Assembly (NCBI GenBank): GCA_963514005.1
Contig: OY740807.1
Location: 1,488,001-1,552,000 of the forward strand
Source of the DNA: Raja brachyura
Taxonomy: Eukaryota
Direction of reading: 5' to 3'
Length of the DNA: 64,000 nucleotides
This document shows, in pieces, positions 47,521 through 58,901 of this stretch. Below the pieces are notes generated by a model. It was not told the DNA's origin. It saw nothing but the letters and a program-made list of their open reading frames with translations, and did not search any database. A program made the translations under genes and the position numbers. Positions within the stretch are counted from its first letter, which is position 1; the number at the start of each line of letters is the position of its first letter.

Positions 47521-50500
47521 TATCACACAGGAGGCTTACTGATAATTAGGAGTTGGTCTCCCCCAATAACACAGAAGAAAGGATTGTGTTTCCCTTTTTT
47601 TTTAACATACAAAAAAGATTACTCTGGTTAAGATGGAGAATTTTCATCGAGACGTTGTCTAGACATCTTATCTTTGGAATGTTAATTCAAGGTCGGATTC
47701 TATCTTTCATTTCAACAAAGGATTGGCAAAGAAAAAAAACTGTGGCGGGGAAAATAACTTGAGAATATGGAAAAATATTATCAGTGGACTTGTATATAGA
47801 AACTTATGATTTAAGAAACACACAATTATATACTATCATAAAATATAATTAATAAAATTGTGTAATATTAAGGCATAGCGTAACAATGGCTGTTGTTTAT
47901 TTCATTATGTTAATTACTTGCTAAATATAACAATAACGAGTTAAATATGATTGATAAGTATTAACATACTAACACATTTTATGGATATAGTAGATTTAGT
48001 TTAAATTGCACGTAAAGGGGAGGGGAGGAGACTCAGATACTTGGAAGTTATCCGGGCTTGTGTGTCGGACAACAGCAGGTTCCAAGGTTAACCACTTGGA
48101 GCCTGCTGTTGTCTGATACAAAAGTTTCAGACTTAATTGTAATAGATCTTGGCATATCGATAGATATGGATATATAATTAACATAATCACTGTTATATCT
48201 AAGTATATACTTAATGTTGGAAATTCTCTTTTATTTTGTTTTTCCTCTTTGAATCTATCTATCGGAGTGCGTTTTATTTTATATATATATATTTTAACTT
48301 TGTATTGTTCTCTCTTCCAATTAATAATAATTGGTCAAGGGAGCAGAGCGAAACATATAAAAACATCTACGGAAGTCGATAAGAATTTTTCTACCCCCGT
48401 TGGTGGTTTGTTTTAAATTATAATATCTTTATTTTTGGATATTATAATATCACTTTTTGTTTGTTAATTATCTTTTCACGACTCTACATTTTCTGGTCTT
48501 TTTCAAGGTCTATTCTGAAGGGGAGATGCCAACAAAATTTAATAGCTGGGGATGATCATCCCTCACCTAGAGTAATGAGGGTCTTGGTTGCACCATATGA
48601 AGTAAAGGTATTAACATGATCCATAATGCAAGACGATAAACAAAAGAAAACTGGAGGAATCACGTTCTGCAGTTGGAATATAAGGGGCGCTAATTAACCA
48701 ATTAAAAAGGGGAAGATCTTTGCCCAATTAAAAGCTTTAAATAGTGATGTCATTTTTTTACAAGAGACGGATCTGAAATATCAAATACAGATAAGACTGA
48801 AGGCAAATTGGATAGGGCAAACATACTCATTTACTTCAAAATCTAGAGGCACGGCTATTATCATTCGTAAAGGTATACCATTTAAATTAAAGAATACCAT
48901 AGCAGATAAAGAGGGGAGGTACATCATAGTCATGGGAGAAATTTATTCTACTCCACTTACTTTGATAAATATTTATGCTCCTAATTTTGACAACCCTCCA
49001 TTTTTTAGTAAAATTCTGGATAAAATTTCAGAACTTAACTATCAAAATATGATAATAGGGGGAGATTTGAATTGTGTTTTAGATCCATATCTGGATAAAT
49101 CTGCAAAACAAAAAAGGATTAACATAAAATCTAAAACTAGTGAACTCCTAAATACATACATGAAAAATACCAATATGACAGATGTATGGAGGATCGCTAA
49201 CCCAGTAGGTAGAGAATATTCATTTTATTCAACGGTACATAAAACATGTTCATGTATTGATTATTTCTTAGTGGACACAAAATTAATTCCATACACATAT
49301 AATGCTAAATATACAATAGTATTATTTCTGATCATTCCCTGTTAACTTTTTCTTTAAAATTAGAAGGAATAACAAAACGTTTTGGAGGTTTAACCCCCAA
49401 ATCTTAAACAACTAACAAGGTTGTACATATTTAAAAGAGCAGATGAAATTCTTCTTTGAGACAAATGATACACCAGATATTTCACCCTCCTTATTATGGG
49501 AAACTTTTAAGGCATTTACAAGAGGAACTATAATCTCATATCAAGCTTTCCAAAATAAAAATAATAATACTGAACAATTACAGTTAGAACAAGAAATTAG
49601 ACGATTAGTTTTACAAAATGCTAAAGAACCAACTATAGATAAACACAATAAGATAACAATACTAAAATATAAATTAAATAAAATTTTATCGGCCAGAATA
49701 ATAAGATTATTTCAAATTACAGAACAAGAAAATGTTGAATTTGGTGATAAACCACATAAACTCTTAGCACGCCAACTGAAAGAAAGAGAAACAGAAAATA
49801 CAATTACTAAAATTAAATCAGACAAAGGGGAATTAATAATACTACCTAAAGATATAAATAAAAGATTTGCTCAATATTATCAAAATGTATATACATCGAA
49901 AACCTCTGCAAATAATACTCAAATTACAAATGTCTTAGACAATTGTAATCTTCCAAAATTAAATATGGTGGAACAAGAGGGATTAGGAGCTCAGATTACA
50001 CTTCAGGAAATAGAAGAAAAAATAAATTTGTTGAAGAATGGCAAAACGCTAGGACCAGACAGCCTTAGAAATGAATTCTATAAAAGATTCCACATGATAA
50101 TTTCTCCACGCTTGCAAGATTTATATATACACGCTTTTAAAGAAAATTAACTACCAGAAACACTAACTGAGTCAACTATTACACTTATACCAAAAAAGGA
50201 TAAAGATCTAGAAGACCCAGGCTCATATAGAGCTATTACACTCCTAAATACAGATAAAAAAATATTAGCAAAGACACTAGCGAGAAGATTGAGTAAATAT
50301 GTTAGCAAACTAATAAACCCGGATCAAACTGGGTTTATACCAAAGAGATACTCATTTAACAATTTGAGATGGCTGTCTAATATAATGTACTCACATAATA
50401 CTGAAGAAGACCTAGCAATTATCTCACTGGATGCAGAAAAAGCTTTTGATCAAGTAGAATGGCAATATTTATTCAAAGTATTGCAAAAATTTAACATGGG

Positions 50501-52259
50501 AGATAACTTTATCTCATGGGTAAAATTATTATATGATAAGCCGACGGCTAGAATACTGACTAATAATATATTATCCCTGAAATTCCAATTGGCAAGGGGC
50601 AATAGGCAGGGGTGCGCATTATCGCCACTGCTATTTGCACTAGTGATAGAGCCTTTAGCAGAAAGTATAAGAAGTCATCCGAATATTCATGGATACAATA
50701 CCAAACACTTAAATAATAAAATTTCATTATATGCAGACGACATATTATTATATATTACAAATTCTCAAATTAGCATACCAAATATACTAAATTTAATAGA
50801 GGAATTTGGTTCTTTTTCAGGATATAGAATGAACTAGAAAAAAAGCAAAATTATGACGATAAAACCTCAAGAGCCGCTACATCTGTTGAAATTCCCCTTT
50901 AGAATTGCAACAGAAAAATTTAAGTATTTGGGCATCCAAATTACTAGGAAATATAAATCATTACTCAACGCAAACTATATACCTTTAATAACGAAATTAA
51001 ATGGGTTGATTAAATTTTGGAAAACATTGCCGATGTCCTTAATAGGCAGAATAAACGCGATAAAAATTATCTTCTTACCACAAATATTGTACCTATTTCA
51101 ATCAATACAAATATACTTTCCTAAAAAATTCTTTAAAAAGGTTAGATTCTGATGTTATAAACTTCATATGGGATTATAAATCACATAGAATTAAGAAGAA
51201 ACACTTGTTTAAATCTAAAGAATCAGGGGGACTGACACTCCCTAACTTATTGTATTACTATTGGGCAGTGAATATTAAAAATATAATCTATTGGTTGAAC
51301 AGTTCTGCCCAACAGGTAGGTTGGGTAAGAATGGAGAAAGAGGATTGTTCCCCTTACAATATAGGAGCGATCCTTCTTTCCCCGATGAAACTGAACAATA
51401 TAATGTATAACAAGAATCAAATTATGCACTATAATACGAATTTGGAATCAAATAAAATTAACTTTAAAATTAAGAAAATTATCGCTTCTTTCTCCAATAA
51501 CTAATAATCCCTCATTCAAACCATTCATTATTGATAAAACATTTATCCAATGGGAAAGATTAGGAATTAAAACAATGGGAGATATGTATGAAATGGGAAA
51601 ACTTTTATCATTCCAACAATTACAACTAAAATATAATTTGAAAAGTAATCAATATTTCAAATATCTTCAAATTCAAGATTATTTGAAGAAACATATACAA
51701 GCATATCACACCCTAACCCCAGATTTGTTGGAGGAAGGCATGAGTAGAAAGGCAGGATCAAGCAATTTAATATCTTACTTATATAATATAATTTTAAATA
51801 TAGGAACACCAATGACAGAGGCAATTAGAAGGGACTGGGAACAAGAGTTATGGATAAAAATTCCTAATGATAGATGGGATTTTTTTTTATTATATGTAAA
51901 TAAATGTTCAATTAATGTAAGACATAACCCAATTCAATTTAAAATTTTACATAATTATATTATTCAAAAACTAGACTGAATAAAATATTCCCAAATGTTT
52001 CCCCCATCTGTGACAAATGTCTAACTCAAATGCCACTATAGCACATTCCTTTGTCTCTTGTAGAAAACTGTATACATTTTGGAATGAAATTTTTGGAATT
52101 TTTACAAAACTATTTAACACAAAATTGAACCCCAATACAGAATTGATTATCTTTGGATCAATGGAAGAGGGAAGTAAACTAACTATATTCCAAGGGTTAC
52201 ACAAAAAGCTGGAGAAACTCAGCGGGTGCAGCAGCATCTAAGGAGCGAAGGAGATAGGC

Positions 52260-52287
52260 GACGTTTCGGGTCGAGACCCTTCTTCAG
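52260..52287 (-). ncRNA. Minimal hammerhead ribozyme core in the Penelope pLTR
   Basis: CTGAAGA-A-GGGT(CTCG)ACCC-GAAAC-GTC: CUGANGA, stem II, GAAA and a GUC cleavage triplet. Confidence 0.65.
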
Positions 52288-52521
52288 ACTGGTCAGGGAT
52301 CAGGGAAACGAGAGATATAAACAGTGATGTGGAGAGATAAAGAACAATGAATGAAAGATATGCAAAAATGTATTGATGATAAGGGAAACAGGCCATTGTA
52401 AGCTGTTTGTGGTGTGAGAATGAGAAGCTAGTGCGACTGGAGGGGGGGGGGGAGAGATGGAGAAGGAATGTCAGGGCCCGAGAGGTGAGGGAGAGGTGGG
52501 GAGGGGTGGGGGCAGTCTGGG

Positions 52522-53691
52522 TTAACAGAATTGAGAAAATTCAATGTTTAAGCCCAGAGGATGCAGACTCCCCAAGCGGAATATGACTTGCTGTTCCTCC
52601 AACTTGCGGTGTTGCTCACTCTGGCCGTGGAGGAGGCCCAGGACCGAGAGGTCGGATACGGAATGGGAGGGGGAGTTGAAGTGCTGAGCCACCGGGAGGT
52701 CGGGTTGGTTATTGCGGACCGAGCGGAGGTGTTCGGCGAAACGATCGCCCAGCCTCCGCTTGGTCTCACCGATGTAGATCAGCTGGCATCTGGAGCAACG
52801 GATGCAGTAGATGAGGTTGGAGGAGGTGCAGGTGAACCTCTGTCGGACTTGGAATGACTGCTTGGGTCCCTGAAAGGAGTGGATGGGGGAGGTGAAGGGA
52901 GAAGTGTAGCATCTCTTGCAGTTGCAAGGGAAAGTGCCCGGGGAAGGAGTGGAGCGGGAGGGAAGGGAAGAATTGACAAGGGAGTTGCGGAGGGAGCGGT
53001 CTTTGCGGAAGGCAGACAGGGGGGGAGATGGGAAGATGTGGCGAGTGGAGGCGTCACGTTGGAGGTGGCGAAACTGGCGGAGGACTATCTGTTGTATGCG
53101 CTGGCTGGTGGGGTGAAAGGTGAGGACCAGGGGGAGTCGGCCCTTGTTGTGAGTGGAGGAATGGGGAGAGAGGGCAGTGTTGCAGGGTATGGAGGAGACC
53201 CTGGTGCGAGCCTCATTTATAGTGGGGGAGGGGAAACCCCGTTCTCTGAAGAACGAGGACATTTGTGATGACCTGGTGTGGAACACGTCATCCTGGGAGC
53301 AGATGCGGCGTAGACGGAGGAATTGGGAATAGGGGATGGAGTCCTTACAGGAAGCAGGGTGGGAGGAAGAGTAGTCCAGGTAGCTGTGGGAGTCAGTTGG
53401 TTTGTAGTGGATGTCAGTCAGGAGTGTATCACCTGCAATAGAGATGGTGAGGTCAAGGAATGGTAGGGAAATGTCGGAAATGGTCCAAGTATATTTGAGT
53501 GCCGGATGGAAGTTGGTGGTGAAATGGATGAAGTCAGTCAGTTGTGCGTGGGTGCAGGAGGTGACACCAAAGCGGTCGTCAATGTAACGGAGGTAAAGGT
53601 TGGGGGTGGGGCCCTGGTACGCCGAGAACAAAAATTGTTCGACGTGCCCGACAAAGAGGCAGGCGTAGCTGGGGCCCATGTGTGTGCCCAT
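52522..53691 (-). pseudogene. Penelope RT C-half plus GIY-YIG endonuclease (upstream part frameshifted to ~54305)
   Basis: Motifs AMGT, LRYIDD, FLDL, IYCIRCSRCQLIYIGETKRRLGDRFAEH. Confidence 0.9.
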
Positions 53692-54979
53692 AGCTACGCC
53701 TTGTGTTTGGAGGAAATGGGAGGAGTCAAAAGAGAAGTTGACTCTTAAGGGTAAGGACCAACTCCGCTAGGCGGAGGAGGGTGTCAGTGGATGGGTATGG
53801 GTTGCTCCTCTGGTCGAGGAAGTACCGGAGGGCTTTGAGACCATCCTGGTGGGGGATGCAGGTGTATAGTGACTGGACGTCCATGGTGTGTAGATGAGAG
53901 GATGGGGGCCTGGACAACGGAATGTGCGGAGCCGACGGGAGAGTGTCTGAGGTGTCTTGAACATAGGTGGGGAGGGATTTAACAAAGGGCGATAGGATGG
54001 AGTCAAGGTATGTGGAAATGTGTTCGGTGGGGGCACGAACAGGCGGAGACAATGGGTCTGCCGGGGCAGTCGGGTTTGTGGATTTTGGGGAGAAGGTAAA
54101 ATCGGGCTGTGCGGGGCTGGGAAATGATGAGGTTGGAGGCTCGGGGGGGGTAGGGAGCTGGAGTTGATGAAGTCAGTTATGGTGCTCGAGATGGTGGCCT
54201 GGTGCTCATCAGTGGGGTCATGGTCCAGGGGTAAGTAGGAGAAGGTGTCCGAGAGTTGGCGTGTGGCCTCTGCTTTGTAGAGATCGACGCGCCAGACTAC
54301 CACAGCACCTCCCTTGTCATCTCCCTTTCATTCATTGTTCTTTATCTCTCCACATCACTGTTTATATCTCTCGTTTCCCTGATCCCTGACCAGTCTGAAG
54401 AAGGGTCTCGACCCAAAACGTCACCTATCTCCTTCACCCCTTAGATGCTGCTGCACCCGCTGAGTTTCTCCAGCTTTTTGTGTAACCCTCGATTCTCCAG
54501 CATCTGCAGTTCCTTCTTTAACTATATTCCAAGAAGCTTTTCTTAATTACGGTCTAATAACAGCAAAAAAACTTATACTCAAATTTTGGAAAAACGCAGT
54601 CAAGCCAACATTCAAAATGTGGATGTCAAACATGTCTGAAACGCTTCACCTACTAGACAAAGTAGATCAATTCTCAAAGACTTGGTCTCCTTTTATCAAC
54701 TTTTTACAAGCATATGGTGCAACATAACATAACCTTAGAAATTAAATGGTTTAGAACCGGGTGACGGATGGGCAAAAATACGAAATAGATGGATCTCTCC
54801 TAATCTCTCTTTTCTTTACTTTCTCCTTCTATTTCAATCTTTTCAGCTTCTCTTCTATGTCCTTTATTTCTTTTGCTATCTGTCTCTACTCGCTTGTCTA
54901 TCTATTCCCACACTCTGTATTTCTTTTTTCTCTCACTGTTCTCTTATTATTAAATCAAAAGTTGTACAAGAATGGAAAT

Positions 54980-55037
54980 ATGTATGTATGTACGTATGTA
55001 TGTATGTATGTATGTATGCATGTATGTATGTATGTAT
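54980..55037. repeat. (TATG)n microsatellite in the L1 3' UTR
   Basis: Direct reading of the sequence. Confidence 0.9.
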
Positions 55038-55171
55038 TAGGTACTCAAGTACCACACTATTGTACTTACTTCTAACAAAAATAAACAAAACAACAACAAA
55101 AAAAACTGTACCCTCTAGTATTTGACTTGGGTACAATACAGTATAATACAATTTGACTTGGGTACACTACC

Positions 55172-55996
55172 GTATAATATTGATCAATGTGAGGTTATCC
55201 ACTTTGGTGGCAAAAACAAGGGGTCAAATTATTATCTCAATGGGGTTAGGTTAGGTAAGGGGGGGGGGGGGGGGTACAGCGAGGCCTGGGTGTCCTTGAA
55301 AGTTGGCTTACAGGCACATCAGGCAGTGAAGAAAGCTAATGGAATGTTGGCCTTCATAACAAGAGGATTTCAGTGTGGGAGTAAAGAGGTTATTCTGCAG
55401 TTGTATAGGGCTCTGGTGAGACCACATCTGGAGTATTGTGTACAGTTTTGGTCTCCTAATTTGAGGTAGGACATCCTTGTGATTGAGGCAGTGCAGCGTA
55501 GGTTCATGAGATTGATCCCTGGGATAGCGGGACTGTCATACGAGGAAAGATTGAACAGACTAGGCTTGTATTCACTGGAGTTTAGAAGGATGAGGGGGTA
55601 TCTTACAGAAACAAATCAAATTATAAAAGGACTAAACAAGCTAGATGCAGGAAAAATGTTCCCAATCTTGGGCGAGTCAAGAACCAGGGGCCACAGTCTT
55701 AGAATAAAGGGGAGGTAATTTAAGACTGAGATAAGAAAAAATGTTTTCCCCCAGAGAGTTGTGAATTTATGGAATTCCCTGCCACTGAGGGCAGTGGAGG
55801 CTAATTCACTGGATGGATTTAAGAGAGAGTTAGATAGAGCCCTAGGGACTAGTGGAATCAAGGGATATGGGGAGAAGGCAGGCACGAGTTATTGATTGGG
55901 GAACATCAGCCATGATCACAATGAATGGCGGTGCTGGCTCGAAGGACCGAATGGCCTCCTCCTTGACCTATTTTCTATGTTTCTATGTTTTATGTT
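55172..55996 (+). mobile_element. CR1 LINE 3' fragment (family B-related)
   Basis: Motifs CEVIHFGGKN and LVRPHLEYCVQFWSP, with a (TTCTATGT)n tail. Confidence 0.88.
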
Positions 55997-57202
55997 CTGA
56001 TTGATGCTCCTATTTGTGCCCCTTAATTTTATGTACGTCCATAGGATTCCCCGCAACTTCCTGTGTTCCAGGGAATGCAACCAAGTAGCTCAAATTTCTT
56101 ACTGTAGTTGACAATCCAGGCATCGGCCTGTTGAATGTTTTTTGAAGCTAATCCACACAGCCCCAGTACATCACTGCAGGAGTTCCTTGAAATATCTAGC
56201 AGAGCCTAGCATCAACAGCACTTTCACCATTCCCATCCCACCTGCCCATTCTGGAATCACATGGCAGTTGTATTCATTGTACTTTCCATATCGAGTCGTA
56301 GAGCAGCGAAACCCTAGCCCTTCGGCGCACCTTGCCAACGGATGCCAGCGAGTCCCAGTGCATGCATTTAGCCCTCATCTTTCTAAATCCTTTCAATCCA
56401 CATAGCTGTTCAAATACGTATATTTCGAAAGTCATAATTGCATCCGATTCTTCCCGTATAATGGAGTGTGGGGCAGGATCACAGAACAACCATTTACAGT
56501 TCATGTGCTATTAATCGCCTCTTTGAACAAAGAGTCTGTCCACCAAGCTGTGATACCCAATGACACAGCACTACAGAATCCACCGCCATCAACATCCAGA
56601 GCTGACCATTGGCAATAAATTAAACCGGATTAATTAAATCAAGATGTGCAAATCATATTTCACACAGAGAGTGGTGGGTTTATGGAACGTGCTGCCAGAG
56701 GAGATAGTTGAGGCAGAACGAGAGTAGAATTTCAAATATATTTGTACAGGTACATGGATAGGAAAGTTTCGGATAGATTTGGGCCCAACGCAGGTAATTG
56801 GGACGAGTGGAGAAGGGGCATCGTGGTCGGCACAGCTAGGTCGAAGCGCCTGTAACTGTGCTGTGTGACTCAATGACTCTGTGACTAATGTTACCCGATC
56901 CCAGGGCCAAAGGCCTAGGGTGATATGGCGAGAGATTTGTTTCGGGTTAGGCCGAAGACGATCCAGGAATCAGCAGTGTGTTGGGATGCAACCACGTGGG
57001 TGAGGGGTCAACTCCCCCGAGCTCGTGGACAACTTGGCCCCATCCTGACCAACGGGTTGGGTCTGCGCCACCAACGTGAGAATCCATTCCCTGCGCCACT
57101 CGCGCATGGGCATTCAGCGTGAGGCGTTACATCAGAAATAAAGACATGGGTATGACAGTTCATTACTCTTCCCAGCAATCACCAGGCTCTTGGACACTCT
57201 GC

Positions 57203-57450
57203 CGCAGTGGAGCAGCGGGTAGAGCTGCTGTCTCACAGCGCCAGAGACCCAGGTTTCTGATCTCGGGTGCTGTCTGTGTGGAATTGCTTCTCCCTCTGTC
57301 CACGCTAGTTTGCTCCCGGTGTTCCAGTTTCCTCAAACATCCCCCCAAAAATGCTGGTCTTTAGATAATGCAAAGGTAGGATAACATGGAACATGTGTGC
57401 ATGAGTGATCTTTGGTCAGCCTGTTTCCATATTGTACCTTTAAACTAAAA
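57203..57450 (+). mobile_element. tRNA-derived V-SINE (HE1-like)
   Basis: GCAGTGGAGCAGCGGGTAGAGCTGCTGTCTCACAGCGCCAGAGACCCAGGTT, homologous to 37430. Confidence 0.7.
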
Positions 57451-58901
57451 AGCGCACAACACAAACCACTACCGCAGCAACTGTGATATTCTCTGATTTT
57501 GGTTGCACAACGGGCTTGGGTTTTCTACTTTTGTGGTTACCTTGAATAACTGATTACTAATTGATTGTATTATTGATTACTGTATATTTTCTCCGCGTTA
57601 ATACGTCAATGGGTCTATCAAGGTATCAAAAGTGAGAATATCAATGTTCCTTTCCCTGTGCATTTGACCATTAATCACTATTAGGGTACGGGGTTCCTCG
57701 TGCGTCGGCTCGCCCTTGTTCAACGTGAAGGTGGCTGATCATTTACCCGAGTGCTACCCTCCCGCACGAAACCCAGAGCATCAATTCCCTTCACGTCCAA
57801 CAATACAGTGGCTTGCAAAAGTTTTCATACCCCTTTACTTTTCCACATTTTGTCACGTTACATCCACAAACGTAAATGTATTTTATTGGGATTTTATGTG
57901 ATAGACCAACACAAAGTGGCGCATAATTGTGAAGTGGAAGGAAAATTAAAAATGGTTTTCAAATTTTTGTACAAATAAAAAACTGAAATGTGTGGCATGC
58001 AAAAGTATTCAGCCCCCATTGCACTGATACCCCTAAATAAAATCCAGCGCAACCAATTGCCTTCAGAAGTCACTAGTAAATAGAGTCCACTTGTGTGTAA
58101 TCTAATCTCAGTATAAATGCAGCTGTTCTGTGAAGGCCTCAGAGGGTTGTTAGAGAACATTAGTGAACAAACAGCATCACGAAGCCCAAGGAACACACCA
58201 GACAGGTCAGGGATAAAGTTGTGGAGAAGTTTAAAGCAGGGCGAGGTTTGAAAAAAAATCCCAAGCTTTGAACATCTCACGGAGCACTGTTCAATCCATC
58301 ATCCGAAAATGGAAAGAGCATGCACAACTGCAAACCTACCAAGACATGGCCGTCCTCCTAAACTGACAGGCCGGGCAAGGAGAGCATTGATCAGAGAAGC
58401 AGCCAAGTGGCCCATGGTAACTCTGGAGGAGCTACAAAGATCCACAGCTCAGGTGGGAGAATATGTCCACAGGACAACTATTAGTCGTGCACTCCACAAA
58501 TCGGGCCTTTATGGAAGAGTGGAAAGAAGAAAGCCATTGTTGAAACAAAGCCATAAGAAGTCCCGTTTGCAGTTTGCCACAGGCCATGTGGAGGACACTG
58601 CAAACATGTGGAGGATGGTGCTCTGGTCTGATGAGACCAAAATTGAAGTTTTTGGCCTAAATGCAAAACGCCATGTGTGACAGAAAACGAGCACTGCACA
58701 TCACCCTGAACACACCATCCCCACTGTAAAACATGGTGGAGTCAGCATAATGCTGTGGGGATGCTTTTCTTCAGCAGGGACAGGGAAGCTGGTCAGAGTT
58801 GATGGGAAGATGGATGGAGCCAAATACATATGGGTGATGTGCAGTGTTCGTTTTCTGCCACACACAGCGTTTTGCATTTAGGCCAAAAACTTAAATTTTC
58901 G

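Larger units (their letters stand above)
52195..54518 (-). mobile_element. Penelope-like element (RT + GIY-YIG) with inverted pseudo-LTRs
   Basis: 52195-52357 is the reverse complement of 54325-54487. 15-bp TSD TAACTATATTCCAAG at 52180-52194 and 54519-54533. Confidence 0.92.
48616..54733 (+). pseudogene. L1 ORF2 (APE, RT, C-terminal), multiple stops and frameshifts, split by Penelope
   Basis: Motifs SWNIRG, INIYAPN, IIGGDLN, DQTGFI, SLDAEKAFD, RQGCALSPLLF, LYADD. Confidence 0.9.
41292..55101 (+). mobile_element. Full-length decayed L1-clade LINE hosting a DIRS and a Penelope element
   Basis: Perfect 15-bp TSD AAAACTGTACCCTCT at 41277-41291 and 55102-55116. 5' end GGGAGACTTCCGG, then ORF1, ORF2, AATAAA and an A-rich tail. 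Confidence 0.93.
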
